Shown here: positions 1-14,149 of the stretch, piece by piece
How positions within the stretch are numbered: the first letter of the stretch is position 1
Layout of the letters: the number at the start of each line of letters is the position of its first letter
Assembly (NCBI GenBank): GCA_951406725.2
Contig: OX597823.1
Coordinates: 44,702,001-44,766,000, forward strand
DNA length: 64,000 nt
Reading direction: 5' to 3'
Source of the DNA: Octopus vulgaris
Lineage: Eukaryota
Made by a program: the position numbers and the translations under genes
The notes under the pieces: generated by a model
Told to the model about the DNA's origin: nothing
What the model saw: the letters and a program-made list of their open reading frames with translations, nothing else
Databases searched by the model: none

Positions 1-39
<39 letters not shown>

Positions 40-542
40 TGTGTGTGTCTGTCAGTGTATCTGTATGTAATAAATGTTTGATTGTTTTAACTTTAAATAT
101 TTGTTTACACACGAAAAGAGATATATTCAGATGTGTTAGTATACACATAATTATGTCTGTACTCTTCTCTGTGTGTATGCGTGTACATATATTTCTGTGT
201 ACGCTCCTCCATATCTGTGACTGATTCTGTAAATGTATGTGCTTCCCTATATATGTGTGCTCGTGTATGTGTATGTTTATGTGTGTGTGTGTGTACGTGT
301 GTGTGAGTGTGTGCGTTTGTGTGTGTGTGTGTGTGTGTGTGTGCGTGCCCCTTGTGTGTAAGTGAGATATAATATTTGTGTAAGTATTGTTATTCGTTAT
401 TTTCGATTTTCAAAGAAAAACATCAAAAAACCTGATTTTTCCATATTGGCTTCTCGTGGTTTCCACTCTCTAATTATTAACAAAATACGAACATTCATCA
501 TGGCAATATTTCTCTATGCCTCATAAAATCATTATTTTTTTC

Positions 543-880
<338 letters not shown>

Positions 881-1432
881 GGGGTGCGGAGGAGGAGAGG
901 AGTATGCTTACAGACCTTTGCGTTCAACGCTCAAATTTTGCCGAAGTTATTTTTTGCCACTTTCATATGTTAAGGGATGAGATCGATTTAATGTAACTAA
1001 GGAAAAGATCAAGTAAATAGAGTAAGAGTAATCCCAGATTAGAAACCAAGAGTTGGGCGTTCATAATCCAATTTCCGTCACCAATACGGCGTTATATGAT
1101 TCATGTCATTGCCCATCTTAAAGTTGGTAGCCGTGGATGTTGCTTGACATTGGTCTTCTAGAAAAATTTGCTTGCTCTAAAAGGCTTTCACCTCTGACAC
1201 AGATGGTTGCTTTCAGAATTCAGGAGGGTTGTGAAATTTGTATTTTTCGTTAAGGAAAGATCGTACACGTGTTCGAGGGGTCCTCTTTAGTGCACTGGAC
1301 AGATTTACTAGTTGAACCTTTCTCTTATTGGCTCAGGGTTCATGAATAATATAACTTCATCACATTTCGATGACGCGGTCCCACAGGCCCATGAGTACTT
1401 GAAGATGACACAAGTCGAGATACTAGTCTTGG

Positions 1433-1838
1433 CTTACTCTTTTACTCTTTACTCTTTTATTTGTTTCAGTCATTTGACTGCGGCCATGTTGGAGCACCGC
1501 CTTTAGTCGAGCAAATCGACCCCGGGACTTATTCTTTGTAAGCCCAGTACTTATTCTATCGGTCTCTTTTGCCGAACCGCTAGGTGACGGGGACGTAAAC
1601 ACACCAGCATCGCTAGGGGGACAAACACAGACACACAAACACATACACACACACATATATATATACACATATACGACAGGCTTCTTTCAGTTTCCGTCTA
1701 CTAAATCCACTCACAAGGCATTGGTCGGCCCGGGGCTATAGCAGAAGACACTTGCCCAAGATGCCACGCAGTGGGACTGAACCCGGAACCATGTGGTTGG
1801 TTAGCAAGCTACTTACCACACAGCCACTCCTGCGCCTA
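1433..1838 (-). mobile_element. tRNA-derived SINE family A (octopus OR-like), full length
   Basis: The reverse strand has a tRNA-like head (GGCGCAGGAGTGGCTGTGTGGTAAG...GGTTCAGTCCC), an internal CA/TA microsatellite and an (AGTAAAAG)n tail. Many homologous copies occur in the window. Confidence 0.88.
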
Positions 1839-2456
1839 TTAGTCCATCTGGCTTACATATAAGCCACAAGGTAGGGACAAGCGACACGGGTGTAAAAGTT
1901 GTATTGTTAAGAAGTTTACTTCGCATCGGTTTCTGGTTTAATCTTATTGCGTAGTACCTTGGGCAAGTATTTTCTACGACATTGTCAGGTTGATCAATAA
2001 TAACCAGTGAAACAAATTTGATAAACAGAAACTGAATGGAAGCCCGACAGTAAAACAGTTCCTGTTCTTAGGTGATCAATTTAATCATCTATCGGTTTCA
2101 CACGGCTGCCACGGCCAGCAAAAGGGACCAACAACTCAGGCAATCATTCTAGTTATCACATGCTTAGAAGGCCACGTCATATATTTGGAATTTTCCAGGT
2201 ATGGAAATGCATTAAATTCTTTCTGGATTTTGTCAAAAGAAAACTAGTTTTGGAGGAGGGCGGAGTCAAAAATTAATGCAATTTTTCTTTTTCTTTACTC
2301 TTTGACTTACATTGGAGATTTGGAAGGAAATGCAAATAAAGGTCGCATTACGCTTTGACTCACTCTCGTATATCTTTTATTTGATTAAGCCATTAGACTG
2401 AGGCCATGCTGGGGCTCTGCTTTGAAGATTTTTTTTTTTAATCGAATGAATTGATC

Positions 2457-2661
2457 TGAAAAGTTCCCGGCTTTGGGTAAAAGAAAATACAGGAGGATCC
2501 GTTTATTATGATTTTATTCAACATATTCCCCTCTCAGATTCACACCATTATTGCAGCGATCCTTCAGTTTTTGTAAGCCATGTAAAAGAACTCGGAAGGC
2601 TGAACCTCCAACTGGGCCTTTCGTAACACCATTAAAGCTAGGAACTTTTCAGCACCCCCTC

Positions 2662-2663
<2 letters not shown>
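2457..2663. mobile_element. Mariner-type MITE remnant
   Basis: Inverted ends CTGAAAAGTTCCCGGCTTT / AAAGCTAGGAACTTTTCAG, followed by CACCCCCTCGT. Confidence 0.6.
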
Positions 2664-2730
<67 letters not shown>

Positions 2731-3025
2731 TGTGTGTGTGAGTGTGTGTGTGTGTGTATTATATATATACATATTTATATATAGTAGAAAGTAAACTGCA
2801 AACAAAGTAATTTACAGTCGAGAAAATGTTTTATAAAGATGATATATATGCTTTTCAACATCTATTCTTTTGCATCCATTCTTGAATTTATTAGGAGAAA
2901 ATTCATTGCATCTGCAGAAGATTAACAGCACTGTTTGAACTTTCTGCCGTCCATTCATCCCCGCTCTGTTTGTAATAAAAATGTGTCAAGATCATTGCCA
3001 ATAATTCAGATACTCTCCTTCCCTC

Positions 3026-3081
<56 letters not shown>

Positions 3082-3189
3082 GTTATATTAATGAAAGCAT
3101 TTCAAGCTTTGATGCTGCATTTCAATTATTCTCTCCAACACTTTATTCCTATATTTAGTTTTCCGTCTTTGTAAATATTAGTTTCAAGT

Positions 3190-3575
3190 TTTGGCACAAG
3201 GCCAGCTAGTTCGGAGGCAGGGGACTGGTCGATGTAATCTACTCCAGTTGCGCAACTGGTACTTATTTTATCGACTCCAAAAGGATGAAAGGCAAAGTCG
3301 ACCCTGGCGACAGTTGAACGCAGAACGTAAAGACCGACGAAATACCTATTTCTTTACTACCCACAAGGGGCTAAGCTCAGAGAGGAAAAACAAGGACAGA
3401 CAAACGGATTAAGTCGATTATATCGACCCCAGTGCGTAACTGGTACTTATTTAATCGACCCTGAAAGGATGAAAGGCAAAGTCGACCTCGGCGGAATTTG
3501 AACTCAGAACGTAGCGGCAGATGAAATACCGCTAAGCATTTTTTCCGGCTTGCTAAGGATTCTGCCAGCTCGCAA
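3190..3575 (-). mobile_element. tRNA-derived SINE family B, dimeric
   Basis: Two tandem copies of the GAGTTCAAATTCCGCCGAGGTCGACTTTGCCTTTCATCC core on the - strand. Confidence 0.85.
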
Positions 3576-6129
3576 CCTTCTGACTATTAAAAATTGATTG
3601 TGCTTGTAAAGACACCGAAATTCAGCTTGTCCGGGGGTGGGGGAGCATCATTTGTAAGGTCAAATCTGACCACCATTAGGCACTGGATGACTTTAGCGGA
3701 GATCTGCTTTAAATGGGTTGGGGGAACGTTTGACGGAAACTTGGCTGCTCTTTCTTGATGTTCAAGCAATCGCTTTGAGGCTTTCTTGACTTGTTGCAAC
3801 TTACATCGATGAGATACTGGTTCCAAAAGAAGTGAAGACGGCAGCCTAATTTTTTTATGAAATTGCATCCTGAGACAGCACCATCTAACGAGCCTAGGGT
3901 GTGTTGCTCGGTTATTAAATTAGAACAATTTCAACCATTATCGCAATTTGTTTTATCTATTTCCAAACGCAATATAGTACTTTTCGATACAATATGTTTT
4001 TTTTTTTTTTATTTTCAAAAAGGGTCCTATACCTGTTACGTGTTCAGTTCATCATTTTCCTCAGTTCCAGGTGAGAGCCTCTGCGTTATTGTTCGACCTG
4101 CTAGAATTAGTAGGTAATTTTCCTCAATTACACCTTGCTGTGTTTTAAAAAACGGGATGTGGACAGACTGGATATATGTAGTTTTACACAAGTGGCATAG
4201 CATGAGCGCTGGAAGAAAAATATTTTTGGCGCCTCTCATCTTAATTAACATACATAATAGACCAGATGAAATTTGACCCACCTATACACCTGCACCCGTC
4301 GGAGTCATTTCCCCATCTCTTGTTACGCCTCTGTTAGATACACTGTCTTTGGAAAATGCATGATGGCCACGGTTGGAATGTGTTTACTGATTTTGCCGTA
4401 TACCACATTCAATAGCCCTTCCCTTATGTATCAATGAGAGAATGTCTACATACCACTGAAGGAATCTTGACTTCCACCAAATAGCAGATAATACGGTCCT
4501 GAATTCCCTACACAGAGGGGGAAAAACAGATGGTCGTGACTAGAGAGCCTTTGATCGTAGATGTGCTCAATCAGAGTTAACCTGGGATTAAATAACAACA
4601 ATGATATCAATTACAACAACAAAATGTATGCAGAATCAAGATTGACCTGGAGCTAAGCAATAACAACAACAACACATCTTGATTTCAAGGAACACAGATT
4701 CATGAATGGAGATGGTAAGAGGTGAAACAATTTAAAAAGTAGCTGGTTTGTATCTCATCATTGGCATTGTTCTTTGACCCTGGCCTGCACACTTGATTCT
4801 CAAATTGTCCGCTCAACTTAAGCTAAAAGTAGATACCGTAAAAAAAGAGACAAGTTCGCCGCTCCAAATAGTCGCAGGAGTGTAAATTAGGATTTATGAA
4901 TGTTGGCACAAATGGAGCCGGGGCGAATGGAAAAGTCGATCATATCGACCTGAGCATATAACTGATACTGATTTTATCGATCCTAGAAGACCCAAAGGCA
5001 AAGTGAACTTCAGCAGGAATTGAACTCAGAAAGGAAAGGAATGCAACTAAATAGAAATAGTGTACATATTGATTTCTAAAGTAGACAGAAGATCTTAAGT
5101 TTGTCGGCAAGATTTAGTCGATTAAATTTATCTAGTATTTTGATTGGTAGAAAATATTGACAAGCTTTTCTGTTCGCTATTTGTGTTGCATTCAATTCTT
5201 CTTACAGGTATAAACTGAACGCGAATAGTGGCTTACGGCAGGTTCGTTTGTCAAAAACAAAACTTCTTGGAGACGGAGGTTTCTGTGCCGCTTTAGCACT
5301 CAATGAATGAAAAGAATTTCTATTTGTCACACATCATTTGTCTCATCTTGTTTCGAATGAACCTGTTCTCTCGTTATTGGTCAAAAGAATATTTTTTTTA
5401 AATAGCAGTGACAAAGAATATCAATAGATTCAAAAGATTATCAAGATTTCCGTACGTACAGCGTGTGTCGTGTTTTACACAACCGATGAAACTATATGAG
5501 TTGCAATTAAGATTCGCAAGTTCGGTACAAATCTTTCTTCTACCAGAGCGTTATTTTTAACAATAATACTTTGAGACAATCAATGAATATCGATCAAAAT
5601 TTAATGTCAATAAAAACAATCATATACAATGCAAGTCTAACGAACCAGATCAATATGGAATCGTTCAGAAAAAAAAAAAAAAAAACTCATTTACGTATAG
5701 AAAAAAGAAAGAGAAGAAATGAGTACTGGGATAGATTTGGTGCTAACGTTTTCCTCTTTGGTTACCTGGGACGGTCGACACATTGATATCCTCTTTCAAA
5801 TTCTGTGTTACCCGACGAAGCCTATAGACAGTTAAATAAAGGTACCGGGTTGTAGGTAAAAGAGATTATTTCTGGGAATTCTATACAAATAAATCCAAAT
5901 ATCCTGTCCTTTGTTATGCAATAATTCCAATAATACTGATTTCTGACTTGGAGCACAATATCTGAAATTTGGCGATGTGCGTATAGTCAACTGTATCGTT
6001 GCCAGTAATTGATTGGAACTTTTTTATCGACTTTTGAAGAATGAAAGGCAAGTTTGAACTCACAGCGTAAAATGTTTTAAATAAATAATATCACGAGGCA
6101 TTTTGGCCTTGTGGTGTTATTTTATTTAC

Positions 6130-6685
6130 TAAGACGGCGAACTGGCAGAAACGTTAGCACGCCGGGCGAAATGCGTAGCCGTATTTCGTCTGCCGTTACG
6201 TTCTGAGTGCAAATTCCGCCGAGGTCGACTTTGCCTTTCATCCTTTCGGGGTCGATAAATTAAGTACCAGTTACTCACTGGGGTCGATGTAATCGACTTA
6301 ATCCGTTTGTCTGTCTTTGTTTGTCCCCTCTGTGTTTAGCCCCTTGTTGGTAGTAAAGAAATAGGTATTTTGTCTGCGGCTACATTCTGAGTTCAAATTC
6401 TGCCGAGGTCGACTTTACCTTTCATCCTTTCGGGGTCGATTAAATAAGTACCAGTTACTGGGGTCAATGTAATCGACTTAATCCCTTTGTCTGTCCTTGT
6501 TTGTCCCCTCTATGTTTAGCCCCTTGTGGGTAATGAAGAAATAAGAAACGTTAGCACGCTGGGTGAAATGTTTAGCGGTATTTAGTCTGTCTTTACGTTC
6601 TGAGTTCAACTTGCGCCGAGGTCGACTTTGCCTTTCATCCTATCGGAGTCGATAAAATAAGTACCAGTTGCGTACTGGAGTCGAC
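6130..6685 (+). mobile_element. SINE family B, trimeric
   Basis: Head GGCGGAACTGGCAGAAACGTTAGC, then three repeats of the B-box plus GCCTTTCATCCTTTCGGGGTCGATAAA core. Confidence 0.88.
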
Positions 6686-6729
6686 GCGCAAGAAATAATA
6701 GTCACATCTCCTCCAGATCTCTTATCGTT

Positions 6730-7080
6730 TACTTGTTTCAGATGCTGGAGCACCGCCTTGAAAAGATTTTAGTACTTACTTTTTCCGTGAAGCCCGATAC
6801 TTATTCTATCTGTCTCTTTTATCGAACTGCTAAGTTACGGGAACGTAAACACACCAGCACCGGTTGTCAAGCAGTGGTGAGGGACAAACACATACATAAA
6901 GGCACACACACATATATGTATATATTCGACGGGCTTCTTTCAGTTTCTGTCTACTAAATCCACTCAAAAAGCTTTGGTCAGCCCGAGGCTTATAGTTGAA
7001 GACACTTGCTAAGGTGCCACGCAGTGGGACTGAACCCAGAACCATGTGGTGGGGAAGCAAACGTTTTACCTCATAGGCAC
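6730..7080 (-). mobile_element. SINE family A
   Basis: Colinear with 1433-1838. Confidence 0.85.
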
Positions 7081-7613
7081 ATCGGCAGTCATAACTGCTA
7101 CAAAAGAACAAGTTGAATAAATGTAGTTCTGGCTTTCCTGCATGTCAAATAAAAGACATGATGGTCATGGCTGGAATGCTTTTGATCCTGGGTATACTCA
7201 GAGTTGACATGGAGCTAGCTAAACAATAATTCGTACATTAACCCCTTCCTTTAATGTCCTTGATATGTATGATGATTAAATAATAACACCGTATTATGTC
7301 AAGGATGTTGCAGACGATGGAGAGCTAAGTTATGCATTATTTGTTACTTAATTATCCCGATTTCAAATCTAGCCACAAATGACTTTGCATTTCATGACTC
7401 TATGGTCGATAAAACCAGATGCAAATGATATACAGAATTCGATTCTTCCTTTGCAAATAAAATAAAAATGAAATAAATGAATAAAATAAAACAAAATAAA
7501 AATAGGAACGGGTCTTGTGAAAAAAGTGTCAAGAAAAAAGAAAAAAAAAGATAGGAAATCATTGTTTGATCTTAAGTTAGAACTGATGTTTCAATTTCAA
7601 TAACATCAAATAT

Positions 7614-7730
7614 GGAAGAAGAAGAAGAAGAAGAAGAAGAAGAAGAAGAAGAAGAAGAAGAAGAAGAAGAAGAAGAAGAAGAAGAAGAAGAAGAAGAAGA
7701 AGAGGAGGAGGAGGAAGGAGAAGAAGAAGA
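7614..7730. repeat. (GAA)n/(GAG)n microsatellite
   Basis: Direct observation. Confidence 0.97.
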
Positions 7731-8161
7731 AAAAAAAATGCTAAAAACCGAAATAAAAATTTCAAACGAAAAAGAAATGAGAATAAATCACAAATTTATT
7801 CTGAACCTAAAATAACAAGAGATCAATTCACACCGATGTATAAATAATTCCTGACGCCGTCGAACTAATAAAACAAACAAACAAACAAATGAACAAATAA
7901 ACAAACATAAAAGCAAACATAACACACACACACACGCACACAAACACACACACACACGCACGCACGCATACACACGCACGCACACACAGTGATAATGCCA
8001 TACACGTATCGATCAATCAGTTCAATAGTGATCGAGCCAACTAAAATGGTGGCCATCAACGAGTGTTTTGCGCCAAGGGTGGTTTGTTTACAAGATCAAT
8101 AAGTGACGATCTAGACTTATACACATATACAAAGACTCACACATACACACACATGCACACA

Positions 8162-8210
<49 letters not shown>

Positions 8211-8411
8211 ATAAGGGTAAATTCATACCTTGAATGTTTTAATAACAAAATTACTCGTTGCCAAGAATCATCAGAAATAAGCTAACTTGCACACACACAC
8301 ACACACACACGTGTGTCTATATGTACCGATGTGTGCGTTTCTGCGTGTATATATATATATATATCCTATATATATATATATATCCTATATATCCTATATA
8401 TATATATATAT

Positions 8412-8468
<57 letters not shown>

Positions 8469-9149
8469 CCTATACGTGTATGTATTTGTGTGTGTTTGCT
8501 CGCGTACGGCTTTGTTTTTGGGGTTTTTGCTGCTCATTTGGTGCTGTTTTGGTTGCTTTTTCTTTTGTACACTGTTATTTAATAATGGTTATGGAATCGA
8601 TTCCAATGTTTGTTTTTTCTCTCTCTTGGTGGTGGTGGGGTGGGGGTGAGAGGTTTGTCAGAGTGTTATGTTAATTGTTATTTTATTGAGAAGCTCCTTC
8701 CTATATAAATAAATATATAACTAAACAAACAAACAAACAAATATAATACACGTTCTCTGCGTCAACTAACGCTATTCTAGGTGTGAGTTCCGGCTTGTTT
8801 GCTAAGGCCTGTTATGTATATATATATATATGTATGGTTCTGGTGTCTGGCTTTTGTGTTTTCTCTGCAGTCATACCCGATGCACCTATTATTACCGGAT
8901 CTGTTTGTATTTTTCACTACCTCCGTGCTTCGTTAACTTTTTGCGATCTCTTTGTGATCAATATTTCGGTTAAAGAAATAACGGGAATAAAAACTACAAA
9001 ATTTTAAAAATGGTGTTTGTTTAACGGAATTGGTAAAGTAACGGATGAAAAGCGCTGTACGGTTTTATACATCTTTATTCTGAGTTCAAATCCCGTCGGA
9101 GTCGACTTTGTTTTACATTTTTTTATCGAGTACATATATATATATATAT

Positions 9150-9323
9150 AGGGATAATTCACAAAAAAAAAAAGACGAAGACAGGTGGTGTAGAAAACAA
9201 ACAGATGTATTTGTATAACGCTCGGGAATTGAGAAAGTCTTTAACGTTTCGAGCCTACGCTCTTCCACAGAAAGAAACAAGGAGAGAAAAAAAATGTGTG
9301 TAGTGGCTAGCGATCTATCATGG

Positions 9324-9325
<2 letters not shown>
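9150..9325 (-). mobile_element. Penelope-like terminal repeat in (TA)n, copy 1
   Basis: About 175-bp unit shared with 12405, 13455 and 35025. The - strand contains GAAGAGCGTAGGCTCGAAACGT. Confidence 0.7.
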
Positions 9326-9873
<548 letters not shown>

Positions 9874-10733
9874 TAAATATCGTGATGTTGGTGTATAGAG
9901 TGTAATCTCCACTCCAAAAAGACAAAAACGAAAAAAGTCTTATACAAAGAATGTTTTTTGATTAAAATAAGGAAATGAGAAATAAGCATGGTACAGATTA
10001 TCCATCGTAGCAGCAGAGCCCCAAGCAAACAAAATATCGTGCGATATATATCTTCTATGTTTCTTGAGATTCGTCTTCGCATATAATGATACTTTCTTCA
10101 GTCTCTATATATTGATCTGTGTGTGTGTGTATGCCTCTGTGTATATGTATGTATGTGGAGGGGGGAGGGTTAATATATGTATACACAGACATAAAGGCAA
10201 CAAAACCGCCCGTATGTTAGAAACCCCTAAACAAGTTTAACCCTACAAAGACTGGGATTTTTAATGAAGTTCACTTGCAACTTGCAAGATTTAGAAAACA
10301 GCGGAGCTACTTTTATAATCATCATAGTTTGGGATGCAACGGTTCTATTCAAATGTCTGACGATTCTAAAGCACCTTCGTTGCTTTCGAGATGAAACGTC
10401 TTGTAAAGATATAAGTAAACACTGAAATTACAAGATAACACATTCAAAGGCAAAGAGCTGGGAGAGTCGTTAGCTTGCCGGACAAAGTGCTTATCAGCAT
10501 TTCTTCTAGTTTTATGTTTTGACTTCAGTTTCTATTGAAGTAGACTTTACTATTCATCCCTTCGACGGGAGTCGATAAAATAATATGTAGCAGCCAAATC
10601 AAAACAATGCAGGCTATAAAAATTGATAACAGAGCTCGATGGTTAACACTATTAAGCTGGTATTTCGAGTCTGGCCTCCTTCTTCAGAAAATTTACGGAG
10701 ATAAGCTGTTGATAGCTGATGTCTATTTAGTGT

Positions 10734-10783
<50 letters not shown>

Positions 10784-11109
10784 GGATTGCTTTGCATTAC
10801 TATAACATCAAGTCAGCTGCGTGCAACTCAGGTCTGTTATGAATTACCGGGCTGTACTTGTTAATGAAAATAACTTCTTTTGTTCTTTATAATATGTATT
10901 ATATAGTCAGGTCTATAAAGCATACATATTTGAGCTACAATACACATTTTCTTAAAAAAACAAAACAACAAAAATCTGAAGAATATTTCTCTAAGAAAGT
11001 TGGCAAAAGTTGATCCTAGTATGCTGTTTGCTAAAATGGGTCACAATAATCAGAGCTTGGAAATCACCTCGTTAAGGTGTTAACTGTCACATGTGTGTGT
11101 ACAAAAAAG

Positions 11110-11435
11110 AGAGTAAAAACCCCCTTCGGTCATGAATGACCATGGGAGTGCATTTCCCGTGGCACAAGCCCGAGGGAGGTTGTTTATGGAAGACCAGCAG
11201 TTGTCCATACATACCAGCCTCCCCTCTCTGTGCCACCGATGTTGTTCAAGGAAATATTAATTTCAATACAACTTGGCCCCAGTGACGTCGCAACTCATTT
11301 CTGCCGCTGAATGAACTGGAGCAACGTGAAAATAAAGTGGCTTGCTCAAGAACACAACACACAACCCAGTCCGGAAATCGAATTCACTACGTCATGATTG
11401 TGAGCACGGCACTCTGACCACTGAGCTATGCACCT
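11110..11435 (-). mobile_element. tRNA-derived SINE family C
   Basis: Reverse-complement homolog of 25240-25575 and 55110-55420 (TAGCTCAGTGGT...GAATTCGATTTCC...TTCTTGAGCAAG). Confidence 0.82.
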
Positions 11436-11821
11436 TCATACTCACACAAACGCACACATACATGTGTGCATGTGTGTGCAGATAAGTGGAAAAAAGGCAC
11501 CTGAAGTTGTACTGATTGATACGAGTAGTTGAAAGGAAAAAGAAAATATAAAACAGAGATGAAAGTGAATAATTCCAATTGTCTACAGACATTCACTAAA
11601 CAGCCTTTGCTCTTCGTCTCTTACTTCGCTATTTTTAGTTAGCAGCCAAAGCATGTATTGATCCTGTGTTACGATAATGAAACCTAATGGTTTTTTTAAT
11701 CAAAAACTTTCATGCATGCTTGCTTTTACTCTTTCTGTTTCAGCTAGAAACTGACCATATTTCTAATTTGCATCTCCATTTCCTCTCATTAATGACATTT
11801 TTTGAAGCAATCGGTTATTCT

Positions 11822-12233
11822 CTGTGAGGTAAGAAACTTGCTTCCCAACCACATGGTTACGAGTTCAGTCACACTCCGTGGTATCTTGGGCAAGTGTCTT
11901 CTGCTATAGACTCAGGCCGACCAAAACCTAGTGAGCAGATTTAGTTGACGGAAACTGAAAGAAGCTCGTGTATATACGTGTGTGTGCGTGTGTGTGTGCG
12001 CGCGCGCATGCATGCGTGTCTTTGTGTCCGTCTTTGTCCCCACCGCCACCGCTTGACAACCAGTGTTGATGTAATTATGTCCTCCGTAAATTAGCGAGCG
12101 GTTCGACAGAAGAGACTGATGGAATAAGTATTAGGCATTTAAAAAATGAGTACTAGGGTCGATTTGTTCGACTAAAACCCTGCAAGGCGGTGCCCCAGCA
12201 TGGCCGCAGTCAAATGACTGAAACCAGTAAAAG
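11822..12233 (+). mobile_element. SINE family A
   Basis: Colinear with other family A copies. Confidence 0.85.
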
Positions 12234-12270
12234 AAAAAAAAAATAAAGGATTGCTTCTCTCCTGCGTCTG

Positions 12271-12344
<74 letters not shown>

Positions 12345-12404
12345 AATCCTTTTATTCTTTTACTGGTTTCAGCCGCTGGGGGCACCATATATATATATAC
12401 ATAT

Positions 12405-12579
12405 AGGGAGAATTCACAAAACAACAAAAGACGAAGATAGGTGGTGTAGACAACAAACAGATGTATTAGTATAACGCTGGGGAAGTGAAGAAGTTTTTAA
12501 CGTTTCGAGCCTACGCTCTTCCACAGAAAGAAACAAGGAGAGAAAATAAAGAATGTGATGTGTAGTGGCTAGCGATCTC

Positions 12580-12673
<94 letters not shown>

Positions 12674-12821
12674 CATATATATATATACGTAAAGCTAGAA
12701 CATCCCAATGCTACACATATATATATCTAAACCTTTGTAGAGATGATCCACATTTGGAATCAAGAATTCAAATTCTCCACTTTACCTTCAAACATTCAAT
12801 TTTAGGGAAGATTCCTTGATG

Positions 12822-12823
<2 letters not shown>
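12405..12823 (-). mobile_element. Penelope-like element 3' end (endonuclease tail FIKESSLKLN, microsatellite, terminal repeat)
   Basis: Terminal repeat at 12405-12580. 12790-12823 on - translates to a short GIY-YIG C-terminus-like peptide similar to that near 13085. Confidence 0.65.
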
Positions 12824-12881
<58 letters not shown>

Positions 12882-13084
12882 GCGTGTGTGCGTGCATGTT
12901 TCTGTGTATGCGCGCATGTGTGCATGTTTCTGTGTGTGTGTATTATGTGTGTCCATGTTTATACTGTGTATGTCCATGTTTATACTGTGTAACTTCGATC
13001 ATGCCTCTTTCAGTTTCATAATTTTTCGTTAGAGAACATTAGTATAATACTTACAGAACGTACTGCCTCTGCTTTTCTTTCAAA

Positions 13085-13354
13085 CATTCAACTTTGAAGA
13101 GAATTTTTTTTGATGAAATGTAGTTCCCTTTTCGGTGTTGCGGATTGTCCCGTGCACATTTATAAAAGAGAAGAATTTTGAATTTTCTGTCACCGCATAT
13201 TTCCTGATGCTTACTTAATGGAATTTTCTTGTCGGATTTGTTGCCTGTGGATTCTTGCACGTTGGCAGAGAGAATTATCTATTTCGTCAATGTAATTTTC
13301 TTTGCAGTTTGGGTAGGTAATGCAGTACATGAGGTTTTGCATTTTGCAGTTCAT
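13085..13354 (-). pseudogene. Penelope GIY-YIG endonuclease remnant
   Basis: The - strand from 13354 reads MNCKMQNLMYCITYPNCKENYIDEIDNSLCQRARIHRQQIR. After a frameshift it reads IPLSKHQEICGDRKFKILLFYKC. This matches the degenerate N-x-IY...C..C...YIG.T...L..R...H pattern of PLE endonucleases. Confidence 0.78.
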
Positions 13355-13357
13355 ATC

Positions 13358-13437
<80 letters not shown>

Positions 13438-13454
13438 ACAGAGAGAAAGAGAGA

Positions 13455-13654
13455 GTCCAAACTTACAGAAAACAGAAGACAAAGACAGGTGAGGGAACAA
13501 CAAGTAGGTGAATCAGTTTGTCGCTCGGGAAGAATGGAAAAGTCTATGACGTTTCGAGCCTATGCTCTTCGATAGAAAGGGTTGAGAGGAAAAGAGTTGA
13601 GAGAGAGCGCGAAAAAAAAAACTGAGAGAGAAAAAAGATGCGTAGAGATTACCG

Positions 13655-13655
<1 letters not shown>
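13455..13655 (-). mobile_element. Penelope-like terminal repeat (diverged subfamily)
   Basis: Homologous to 9150-9325 and flanked by (TA)n. Confidence 0.65.
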
Positions 13656-13701
<46 letters not shown>

Positions 13702-14115
13702 ACATGGGGGAAATTTTCGTTCTACTTTTCATAATTCAAACGTTTTAAACCAGTTAATTTATGCATATACACCGCCATGGTTAAATAGTTTAGAAGGTCG
13801 CTTCATAATCATTCGATTCCGTGTTCGCTGTCTTTACATAGCAACTTTGGATAAATGTCGTCTAGCAAAATCTTGAGTTGTCCCTAACCTTTGTGGGGGA
13901 GATTGAGTACACGGAAATTGTGGAATGAATTTATCGATTATATACAGGGTTAGCCTTGCCTTGTCACATTTCTGTCACGATGATTCTAGCTAATAAATGC
14001 GTTAAGGATACAACTGTCTGTTGAATATCAGCCACATCCGCGTTAATTCAATTAGCGAGTGGTAGAGATGATCGAACAGCTTGGACACGCATCATTGAAA
14101 CCGATAGAGATCCTT

Positions 14116-14149
<34 letters not shown>

